Below, piece after piece: positions 26,801 to 38,800 of a stretch of DNA of 64,000 nt. The position numbers and the translations under genes were made by a program. Source of the stretch: Lepidodermella squamata (Eukaryota; Animalia; Gastrotricha). The notes below the pieces were generated by a model, which worked only from the letters and a program-made list of their open reading frames with translations, searched no databases and had not been told where the DNA came from. Numbering within the stretch: the stretch's first letter is position 1; every line of letters begins with the position of its first letter. The stretch is from the NCBI GenBank assembly GCA_047495785.1, contig JBLDXI010000003.1, positions 806,001 to 870,000 on the forward strand, given 5' to 3'.

Positions 26801-29800
26801 ATAAATTTGTCACAAAATAACTAGGATCTCGTTGAAAATTGAAGCAAAACTCGCCAGTTACGTTATCACCGATGTAGCGCCTAGCTTTTTGCGAAATCAA
26901 GTGCCAAACCGAGCCTTCAGGTACAAATTTCGGGTCAACTACCTCGCCGTATCGGAAGAGAATTTGCCCTATTTCGGCGTATTTGTAAAAAGCGATCAGG
27001 CTAAGGCGAACGCAACATTCTTGGCTGTCGTAGGGAAATCGCCTAAATTGCATCGAGCAGTATGATGCGAATGGGCCGATGATTTGGTTGACGAAACTAC
27101 CCTCAGTTATGTTGATCATTACTGATCGCCGAATTTCGTCTCCATCCATAGCCGGGTTATTGAAACTGTTCCGGTGAACGAAATTAGGCCACCAAATTGC
27201 GTCGTTTCCGTGGAAAAGTAGAACAGCGTCGACATTGCCGGATGCATTTTTTAAATATTCAGCATTTTTAGCCGTACATTCATCCGTCCAAATGAAACCA
27301 AGCCCAGCCGTCAGTGACATGGTCTCTTCGACATCGTCTATTTTCAGCAGACGATCGTTTTCGAAAATTAGACTAATCTGAGTGGAAAAGTGGCAGTTAG
27401 GGCAATTTAGCAAGTTTTTTCAGCTCAATGTGAGAAAAATGCTAATCATAAATTTTTTTTCAAAATTAATTTATTTAAAATTTTTTGAAATTTTTAAAAT
27501 TAGGCAGATTCAGCAATTTGGGATATTTGCGTAGTAAAATGGGAAATTTGAATGATTTATAAGCGTACTTGGGTTGCTCGACCGGTAAGTTCACTGGGTG
27601 AGTTGACTCTCGGGTCCAAGTGGCAAGTTGATAGCAGAAGGTCAATTAGCGCTACAGCTCCGTTCGGCATCGTTTTTTCAACTAGTTAGGGATAAAAAGC
27701 TGTAAATTCTACGCTTGTCGGATGATTTATGCAAACAATTCATTGTGCATGGACCTGTTTGGTCGAGTTTTTTAAATGAAGAAATCAATATTTCATCATT
27801 GAAATATTCATAAAATGTTCCCTCTTGGGTGCATTTTTGTTCAACCATCGATCGCTAGAATTAATCATGTTGTTGAATCACTCAACTTCAGAGCTTCAGA
27901 GATTTGAAATTCAGGTAGATTGCCGTATTTATTTATTCTTTCACCTCTCATACAACATCAAAGGCTTTATGACTCGCTATAGTGCAAAACGCTGAAAGAT
28001 TACCGTAAATTCCGAAATACAAGCCCAGGCGGCGCCCTTTGTCGGCACTTTGATGTTCTTTGTAGTGCCGCCTGGGCTTGTATTTGAATATTTACGGTAT
28101 GTCTGGTGGCGATGAATCATGTTGAAAGGAGGGTTGCAAAAATGGCTGAATAAAACAGAACACCGCAAATTATGAAAATTCCAAAAAACATAGAATCCAC
28201 AACAAGGTGAAGCCTGCAATAGATCGATTTCGTCAGCCTAACCTTCCCAGCTGCAAGACTAGGACAAATAGAGATAAAAGAACACATTGCTGCGGAATAA
28301 ACAGCGCAAGCCATTTGAAACAAGACTTGGCCTAACATGAAATAGGTTGCTAAAATCGGCTGACTAGTTTTGGGTAAATTCGACAACATATCAGATTGAA
28401 GTACGAACATCGCTAGCATGATGGTCGAAGCGAATGAAGCTCGATCTGGGAATTGGGCTGGTACGAAAAAGCTAAACAAGCTTAGGATGGTCAGAATGAA
28501 ACTAGGTGCGAATAAATTTGTGACAACATAACTTGAATCGCGTTCGAATTTATAACAAAAAGCTGCAGTGGTGTTATCGTCAAAGAGTGAAACGTATTGT
28601 GAAGTTACTCACCAAACTGAACCTTCAGGCATGAACCTGATTTCACTCGGGTCAACTTTGAATACAAGTTTGCCGATTTTCGCGTACATCGGCGTTGCCA
28701 TCAGCGCGATGTTCACGCAACATGTTTGGCTATCGTAAGGAAATCGCCAAAATTGCATGGAGCAGTAAGACGTTAATGGGCCGACGATTTGGTTCATAAA
28801 TGCGCCTTCTGTTATGTTCATCGCTACAGATCGGCTAATTTCATCGCCGTTCAGCGCCGGGTTGTTCAAGCTGTTGCGGTGGATTACATTAGGACACCAA
28901 ATTTCGTCGTTTCCTTTGAATAGAATGAGGGAATCCACGCCTCCGGAAGCGTTTTTGATGGTTTCGCTGTTCAACGCTGTACATTCGTCGCCCCAGAAGA
29001 GGCCTAGCCCAGCGAATAGTGTCATGGACTCTTCAACATCGTCGATTTTCAGCATTCGATCGCTTTGGAGAACAAATTGTACCTTGCAACGGTTGGAAAA
29101 TAAATTTCGTCAAAGTCAAAAGAGTTGTTAATGTTTCATGCGATGCATTTTAATTCAGAGCCTCACTATCGCATCCTGCTGAAAAACTTCATAAGTGGCT
29201 CTTGCAAGACTTTCCAAGATTTTGAATGGACCAGTGTACGATGTACAAGGAAGAATGGGATGTATCCTAACTACCCAGTTCGAGAATACCCGAGAGAAAC
29301 ACAGCCCCTAGTTCGAGGATGCTTCTCCTTACACTAAAATGGAACCTTTTGCAAATACCTTGCATCTACCCGGCAAAGCTTAATTTAGTATAGAATCTAG
29401 TTCCAGGACGCTTCAAATCAGGGCGAGTATTTAGACCCTCAAAAATCTTGATAGCGGTAGCTTAAGTTGGAAACGCGAAGGTTCAGTCGAAGCAGTGTTT
29501 AACTTCATGATGATATAATGTTCAAAGAAACGAACGCGGGCTTACTAGCGGGCTTACTTCAGTTGGCTGGCCGGTTAGTTCGCTTGGTGAGTTAACACGT
29601 GGATCCAAGTGGCATGTCGATAGCAAAAGATCAAGAAGCGCAATAGCTCCTTTCGTCATTCGCACGTTTCTTGCCTACAAAAGTACGATTTGCCACAAGT
29701 TCAGCTCTACTGCTTATTTCGTGCCTATATTTCAAGTTTTGCAAACAAAATCAGTGTACTTGCCTTTCTACACAGTCCCGATGGGTAATTATCATTGCAT

Positions 29801-32800
29801 TAACAATGCTGTTTTTGAACAAGCATATTCGTCTACACTCAATTAATCAGCAGGAAGCCAAGCCGAGATTACACTTTGAATTGCAGCTGATATTCCCGGT
29901 GGAAATGACTAGAGTTGCGGAATTTTTCATCTCTTAATTAGGTGAAATGATGAATGTCTTCGATTTAACACCATAGCTGCAGCTAAAAAACAGCCTGAGA
30001 GACCCTAATTCGAACAGGCACTTTACTTGAAACTTTAAGGTCGCCATTAGATATTTAAATGAATAAATATATAATATAATTAAGGCCGTTTCCAAGCAGA
30101 AAGTAGGCATTTAACTTGAAAGCAAAGTTGCGAAAATTTTTGCGTAAAAGATGACACCAGACGTCAGAAAAATGATGAAAAACAATACATCTAAGAGAAG
30201 ATACAAGCGACAAGATAAACAGTTTCCGAACTTCAGCTTCTGCTCGGATTTCGCGGGGAAAAATGCGATGTAGGAACACATAGCGGCTGAGTAGATTGCA
30301 CAGGCCATTTGAAAAACGGTCTGACCAAACATGAAATAAGTTGCTAGGATGGGCTCGCTGGTTTTGGGCAGATTTGATAACATGTCGGATTGAAGTACGA
30401 ACATTGCTAACATGATAGTAGACGCGAATGAAGCCCGATCTGGACATTCGGCTGGTATGAGGAAACTGCATAGGCTTAGGATGGTAAGGATGAAACTTGG
30501 CGCAAATAAATTTGTCACATAATAACTAGGATCACGCCTGAATAAATAGCAGAACATTGCAGTTGTGTTTTCGTCATAAAATCTTGTCTGTTTTGTAACC
30601 AGATGCCAAACTGAACCTTCGGATATGAATATATTGTCACTTGTTTCGTTCCCAAAAGTCAAATTTCCAAACATCGTATAAGTTTCATTTCCGATTAGAG
30701 TGATGTGAACGCAACATTCTTGACTGTCATAAGGAAACCGCCAAAACCGCATCGAACAGTAAGACGTGAGAGGTCCCAATATTTGATTGGAAAACGTGGC
30801 CTGCCCTAAATCAATCGTCACAGATCGACTAAATCCGTCACCTGTCATCGCTGGGTTGTTCAAACTGTTCCGGTGAATGACATTTGGCCACCAAATGTCC
30901 TCATTTCCCTTAAAAAGTGTGACACTGCTGACGTCTGAGGATTGATTTAAGATGATGTCGCGGTTCTGCATCGTGCATTCATCTCCCCAAGCTAGCCAAA
31001 AGCCGGCAAATACTGTCATTGTCTCCGCAACATCGTCAATGTTCAGCAATCTATCGCTTTGAAAGCCAATGGTGATCTGTGGAAGATCAAATTCTTTTAA
31101 ATATTGGATCAGAATAGCCCTGACAATAAGGAAAGATCACATTCTTAACATGGTATCAATATTGGAGAGTCCTGCTTATAATTTGGTAGAATGATAGTCT
31201 CCAAATACGCTGAATTCTCCTGTGTGAACACCGAGAAAGGTGTTCCAAATCCGATTTGAATTTCTAGACATTGTTCAAAACATGGTTACAATCAAGAGCT
31301 AACCACAGTAGGTTGACCAGTCAATTCACTTGGCGAGTTGACTCGTGGGTCGAGGTGGCACGTTGCTAATAGGAGTTCAAGTAGGGCAATAGCTCCTTTC
31401 GCCATTTTGTTTTCCAGCTGTTTTCCGATTGAAAGCAGCAATAAGAGTGCGTGACTCAGCCTGTTTTTACATCAGAGAATTGCAATCGGTCTGCGGAGAT
31501 TTAGGGAGGGCAAACAGGAAATCGATTATCAGGAACACTGCGGGCATCACGTGTTTCATCAGTATTACATAATTCATACTGGCGCGCCCAGTTTTATTTC
31601 CCAAACTGAATTGACAATGGCTCAAAAACGGAAATTGCAATTGTTCATATTTGCCAAATGCGCGGAGGCTAGGAGACAACTTATGGCGACGATATGCCAG
31701 CCAATCAACTGCCGTGTTGTTGAAAGAGCCAACAAATTTACTGTTTTTATTTATTAATTCATTTTCACTACTTATTTACTGGATTTGAGCTAATAATTAC
31801 CAAGAAATTTGCTCAGTTTTCCAGAGCCGTTCGCCCTACGTCGAGGTGACATGTGGCCAATAGAAGTTCAATAAAAGCGATAGTCCCTTTCGCCATCTAG
31901 TTTTCCAGCTGTTTTCCGATGGCAGTAAAATGAGATAGAGAGTATGACTGGTATTTTATTTACAATAATACCTTTTGGAATACGTTTGCGATCGGTCTAC
32001 CGAGACCTTGGTTGACATTAAATCGATTATCAGGAAAGGTTCACTGCCGGCATCCCGTGTTTTATTAGTATTAAATATTTCACAACGGCTCTCCTGAGTT
32101 GTTTGCAAACTGAATTTACTAATAAAAGTAATAAAACGGATTACAAAACAGATATTGCTCTTTTTCATGTTTGCCAAATATTCGGAGGTTGGGAGATGAG
32201 CGATGACATGCCAGGTTCAGCTTTCAAGCCAACAAAGCTTTATTGTATTCACTCGATTTACGTTGGAAATAATTAAGGTATAAAATTTTGCCCGACTCAG
32301 AACTGTTTTTCTTGCTTTTCATTTTGCGAAGACCTTACCCTTAATCGGAAAGACGCGAATATAACTGAATTTGGCAAAACATGCCATATCCATTTGGTCA
32401 TCTTATGGAAACCTAAAGTGACATACATTTATCGACCAGTTGTTCCGATATGGTATGATATTTCTTAACTGAGAGAAGTCTTATAACTGTTGAGTTAAGT
32501 CGCGAAAATCGCCAAATAAGAAAACAATACCGTCGAAGAATGTTGGGGGAACAAACAACCGCGGCCAGTGAAATTGAAAATGTTATTGCGGAAATCTTCA
32601 TCAGGTTTCATCGTTAAATAAACTGAAATTTACAATTAGGGCTTTGAGTTAACACTTCAGAAACTGCATGAATATTGGCGACGAAAAGCTACCTACACTT
32701 CAAGAAAATAAAATTTAATTAAAGATTTATTTGAAAATTTTTTAGATCAATTCTCGCACCTGTTGAAAAAATCGCAGCAATCGCCCCGCGCTGGTTCAAG

Positions 32801-35800
32801 CCCGCAACAAGATCCCGTCGGGCCGCTGTCAGCCAACGAAATACCAGCCGGCAAAAACATTTTACTGCGCGCTTTGTTCTACCAACAGCAATCTCTCTTC
32901 GCCTCATCAGCCAATGAACGAGACCAGCTACTCGCCGAATCCCACCGATTGATCATGAAATACGAAAAGCACCAGCGTGATTTATACATCCTAATGACGA
33001 AACCAATGACAGTCGCCCACGGAAAGGTCCCGCCAGCGCCGATTTTAGTTCGGTTTAAAAACAACACCGCAATTTTGAAGGTCCCGGACTTTGAACCTTC
33101 GAATGGCGATAAAGTTTTTTGGTACGCAGTCCATGCCAGGGCTGTGACAGGGAAAGATCTGAAGGCTCGCTTAAACGACCGAAATCTAGTTGGAACCGGG
33201 GTTTTCATCCTAAACAGGCCTGAAATCGAGTTCAGTGTCGGTGGGTTACAGCCTTATCAGAACTACGTATTCGCCTTGGCTGCCTATACAGCTGAGGGAA
33301 AGCTGATTGGGGAATCTATCGGAGCTTCGACGCACCCAATACCTTTCACCCCGTCCTTCAGCGTGATGATAGCTAGGTTATTACTCGCACAGAAGGCGTT
33401 CCAAGCAGGATGTTACAACAGCTCTTACTGCAGCGGGGTAATAAACCTATTCTTAGCAGAACGGGATCAAAAGCTCGAAGATCGAGTCGTTGAAGATTGC
33501 AAAACAAAATCCTGCATTGAACACAAACAACTGAACGCCAGGCTACTGCGAGCTTCATCCCCAGTTGCGATTCGTTATTTAATGACCAGTTTGTTCATCG
33601 AGGTTTCGGAACAGGTTACGACCAATCGGTTGTTTTGCACGAGGTTATCGGACCCTGGTCGACAGGTTACGGTTCAAAGTGCTAGGATTCAGTTGTCAGC
33701 TTCGTTGCTGCTTCTAATCGACCTAGCTAGTTGGTGCAACGACCAGTCGTACATTTTGCAGGCAGTAACAGCGATCTACGGCCTGCTAGTGCCGATTTTA
33801 TTCCATAAATTGCAAACAACCGATATTTTGCTGCTACTCGAGCGATGTTTAGCGGCGTTACAGGAGGTTGAATCGGCGATTTTGAAGCAAAAACGCGCGT
33901 TGCCGTCAATTCAACACATGATTGCGGTGATCACGTTTCATACTGCAAAAATCCTAAGGCAACGGGGTGATCGGTCGTCGGCGAATCAGGCGTTAGAGGC
34001 TGGCCGCGCTTTGCTGAGGATTGATCGGATCAAGGGTAAGAACCAGGTTGCGTCGAACCCTAACCAGGATGCAGATGAGAATACTTGGTTACGCGAGGAC
34101 GCGTCCTCAGCTATGTCTATTGCTGATTTGAAGAAGAGGTATGCGGCAGAGGCGGATGCTACTGCGAATATGGGTTCGGGGGAGGATGGCGATTCGGGTG
34201 ATATGAGTGCGCGGCAAACGCAGGGCGACCAGAGTGAGGGTGACCAACAGCAGGCGGCCGGTCAAGCGAATCCGGCGCAGGTTCAACCGACGACTGGGTT
34301 CAATCCGAATCTGAGGGCTATTGAGACGCAGTTGGCAAAAAATGCTAGAAAAGTTACTGATCGGATGATGGAATTGACTGGCCATGAAGATCCCATGATA
34401 TTGGTAAGCTTTGTTAGATTCCTTGTTACTTATTGTATCGACATGTGGTCGTATCTTAGAATGCCTACATTGCTTACATGCCAGCGCGCCAGGCCTACAA
34501 AGAGGTCTACAAATTTCGACGCCGCCCAGCTTATTTCGAATACATTGTCCAAGTTATTGACAAAGCTCTCTCTGAGGACAATGCAGCGCTAGCTTTGGAA
34601 TGGAGCAACGAAGCTGAAGATTGGTTCGAAAAGTAAGAAAAATATTTCTTTATCCGAATGTGGTTATATAACTTGCATTGAATCTTTGACATCTGTGACA
34701 TTTTCCTCGTTATCCTACTAATTTTTTAATGCGTAAAAATTAGCGGCAGACAAACAGTTACAGGCCACCGCAGTGATCGAAGTTCCAGAATATCAAAGAA
34801 ATCTCTCACATCGTAAGAAATGATTTCAGTACATCTAGACTGTCCCTGTGTCCTCTACAATTGTTGCCGGCTAAACCTATGAATTACCTAGTAGATCCTC
34901 GCCGTAAAACTTATATTTTGAGTTCATTTTTCAATGCTCCTAAAATCGATTTCTAGAATCGATTTTGTCTGTTCTATGGCGTCTGGAAATTCATGGTTTT
35001 AATAAATTATTTTCATATTTTCCAGGCGAGATGACCAATTCAAAGTTGCTCAGGGTGGAAGGAAAACATTAGTCCTTCAGGTTGCAGCTGGCCGTTTACT
35101 GGACGCCCTTAGAATGAGCACCTCGGGAATAAGTCTTGTCGACGTTGTTTTCTTTCCAATACGTAAATTTCCATTTTTTGGAATATTTTCACATTTTACG
35201 ATTTTTCTCAATCTAGCTAATCCGTTGCCTGGGATGGATAAAAATCTGCAAAAAGTCAAGATCAAGTTGCGCAAGAAGCCGGTGTTTTTCAGCGATGAGG
35301 AACAGAATGCTTACGAGGATTTGAAGCGGAAAGTTGGTCGATATTTGGCACAGGCTATCGGCGAGAAGTTCCGACGAAAAACAAGGCTTGCAAAGTTGCG
35401 AAAAACCTGCCTCAACGAATTCCCCTTCCGAGTCCAGGTACCTTATTTTTCTCTAAAGATTGACGCTAAAATTTTTCAAGAAATATCTTGTGAAAAATTG
35501 GTGTAGAAAGGAGGACATTTATTTTTATTTTCATTCCCCCTTTTCAGGGGGTGAGCCGAATCCCGGAGGCACTGCAATACCGGGCCGACTCGTGGGCAGG
35601 GTCCAGCAAGCTGGCGTCACCTGCCCGGCTAGCCAAAAATCGGGCTAATATCGTAGGCCCCACATGGAGGCCGTTGTAGATATTAAACTACAAAGAACAG
35701 ATACTACACTTTGATCATAGCCAAAAAGGCCGAGAAGCGATAAAGAAGGGAAGGGCTAAAAATTAGCTGGAGGCATTCTAGGATAGGCTGATTTGCTAAC

Positions 35801-38800
35801 TGTTCGCTTCCTTACATATTAAGAACATATTTTATAAGAAAAACATAATTAATAATTATCAAGAAATAAAAATATAAGGTGGCTCCGACTTGAGTCGAAC
35901 TCGGGTCAAGAAAAAACTTGATCACAAGTGCGACCAAAAATCAATTCTTCATTCAATTTTTTTCATTTTGCTTTATAGTTGAACACCTTGGCTGCAACAG
36001 CGGCTACTCAAAACCTGGTCGACCGGCTCAGAATCGGCAGTTTGAGCTTCCGCCAAGCTTCAACTCAAATTCTAACCGATTGGACCGAGTTCGAAGTTAG
36101 CTGTTGCATGATCCTGAAACCAGCTGCATCCCGCAACGATTCAGCTGCTTCAAGTGAGAACAACCGTGACGACCGGCATCCTGGTCTCAAGCTGGCCGCT
36201 GAACTGCTGGCTAGCAACCCTTTCGCATCTCGAGAAGCTGCGCGGCGGCCTGTTTTCGGAGCTGGAAATACAACAGCGAGCAATCTACCAGCCCTGGGTG
36301 GTGGGAATGCGAATGCAACTGTTCCGGATTCGAGGGAGCAAATGCAGATTGTTGTCAAGATTTTGGACAACTACAAACGGGCGTGTGTTGTTGCGAGGAG
36401 AGGAAATCTGTGGACGCTACTGACCAATGTTGCTCAGCAGTTTTACGATACTGTTCACCTGTTGGGTAAGTATCTAAACAATTCTGGGATCAAAGGCGAT
36501 TGAAAATTTGACATACCTTTCGAATGCTCATAGCTACACAAAGTTAGTACCGCTAACTTTTAGCATAGTACCCTATTCCGGGAAAAGGAAAAATCTTTCG
36601 GCTTCCGAATGCCAATTTTGGAAAGTATTCCTAAATGTCCTTGAACGTACTTTATTTTGCATTTTTCATGTTTTAACCAAAATAATAATCTTCTAACTCA
36701 TGTTATCTTGAATCATTTTATTTTATGAAAAGCAAGCAATCGCAATTCGCAAAGATTTCAATCAATTTTTATATCATACGGTTATGGTAATCATCGTCCT
36801 CTATTTAGGAAAAATAAAGCTCTAGTTGATCGCGAGCTTCAGCACTATCAAAGCTGCTACATAGATGGCCTGAAGGTCGAATAAGTGAGCGAATCCTGTC
36901 GACCGGTTAGTTGTTGTTGGCATCAGGGTAGTAGTGGTCTTGGCAGCTTTTCTGGTTAACGCATAACAATGAACTTGTCCGTAAGGAGTAGCTGAGTAAA
37001 AGTAGCCATCATAGTATACCAGCTCGTTCGGTGTCCCCAGGTGGTCTGCTATGAACGTGCGTAATTTGCCTTTCCTATCGAACAGCTGCATTACGTTCTC
37101 CGTACGCAGCATGACCGCGTCATTGAAGATAATCGCAGTAGAAGTTGACGATGACCCATCTATGCGTAATGTATACCTAGTCAGCTTCAACCCAGATGCT
37201 AGTTCATATTCAGAGAACGCTGTCGTTCCGTTCCAGACTCTAAACGCTGACACGCCATCGGTAGCTGCAAAGTAAACAAGTGTGCCTAGGGTTGGATCGC
37301 GCGACCAGGTAGGTTGTTGTGTTGCCAAGTCCAAGGCAGTTAGTTCGTCGTTGACATTCAACAGAGCTGTGCCATTCGAAACTGCCGGGGCAGTGTAGAT
37401 TAGACTTGATCCTGGGAACGATTTCTGCCATAGAATCGCGCCCGTTACGGCATCGATGTTGTACACAGTGTCATCTCGACTGATGCCTACAATTTGCGTA
37501 TTATCATCGTACAGGGTCAAAAATGAGGGCGCATTATCGGCTTGCGAGAAAACGACGCCGGATCCGAAGTTGATATCGCGCGTGCCCCATCCCAAGTTGA
37601 AGGCATACAGTCCCCACGTGGATTCACCTGGTGCAATACATATAAAGGAGCAATTTAGCAGTGCTGTGTTATTGAAAATTGCAAAATTAGGTGGATATTT
37701 GTTGAACCTTATTACAGCTTTTAATATCTGAGCCCGTGCGCTACACGAGGGTTTCCATTAAAAATGCCTAATCTACGGATCCGTTATAACAGGCAAGATT
37801 ACCTTGGAGCTGGCCCGCTGTGATGACACGGCCTGTACGCTTATTTAGAACAGCTTGATCCGCCGTGATATTCACGGACCAAAAAATTTCAGGTGTACTG
37901 TCTTTGACGTATATTCCGTGCATAGTAGAACAGGACCGTGATAAGATGACCATAATGCCTGATCTCGGCTCAATCACCGGCGAATGCGGGATGCATTCTT
38001 CACTGCCGTACACCACACTAGCAAGTGGAGTTCCAGTTTTGGCGTCTAGGACATACAGCTTTTCGCCGCTTGCGTAGAAAATTTTGCCGGAATAAGCCAG
38101 CACCCGCTCTGTGTAGTGAATTGGAGGGTTGCTGTAGCCGAAGTTCCACTCCGCCATTATGCCGCTGACCGTTTCGATGTCAAGACTGGTGCCTGTGTAC
38201 CATGTATGGTTAAAATTACCGCCAGCGTCGATCCAGTTGCCTGCTGCTGCGGCGAAAGCAAGCGTTACTAAGAAGTATCGAAACATCTCGTTTTCTGTTC
38301 AAGGTTTTCTGTACAAAACTTGGTATTTCGGGCCCCTTTTGTACTCCTCCTTATCTTACCCAATATGCGATAAAGATGTATAAAACGGACCCTGAAAATC
38401 ACCGGATTAATCACAATGCTTTGCTATACATTGTCACCGGACTTGGTCCGGTGTGCGCTTATCAATAGATAAATAAACTGCTAAAGGACAGGGCTACGAA
38501 ACGCCTACCGTACGAAACCCCTTCTAGTCAAAGGCTTGAGGGAAATCAATGGCAGATCGATGGCGGAAAGATGAATTTTGACCTGATGCTTGAATTCATC
38601 CTATCCGTGGCCATGTGCTTGTTCTCATTCCATTTTCGAACTTCAACCAGTTGAAATACTTATCTCTATTACGCAGCAGCCAGGTATAGTAGCTCAAATT
38701 AGACGACATTTTTTTATTTGAGGTCCAAAAGAGTATCATGCATTGTCGGCATTGTGCAGGAGAGACTATGCACCTTACACTGGTTTTCAGCTGACCACTT

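Noticed and set aside
28609-28611. Selenocysteine recoding of the TGA
   Set aside because: Paralogs have His, not Cys, at this site, and I could not identify a SECIS.
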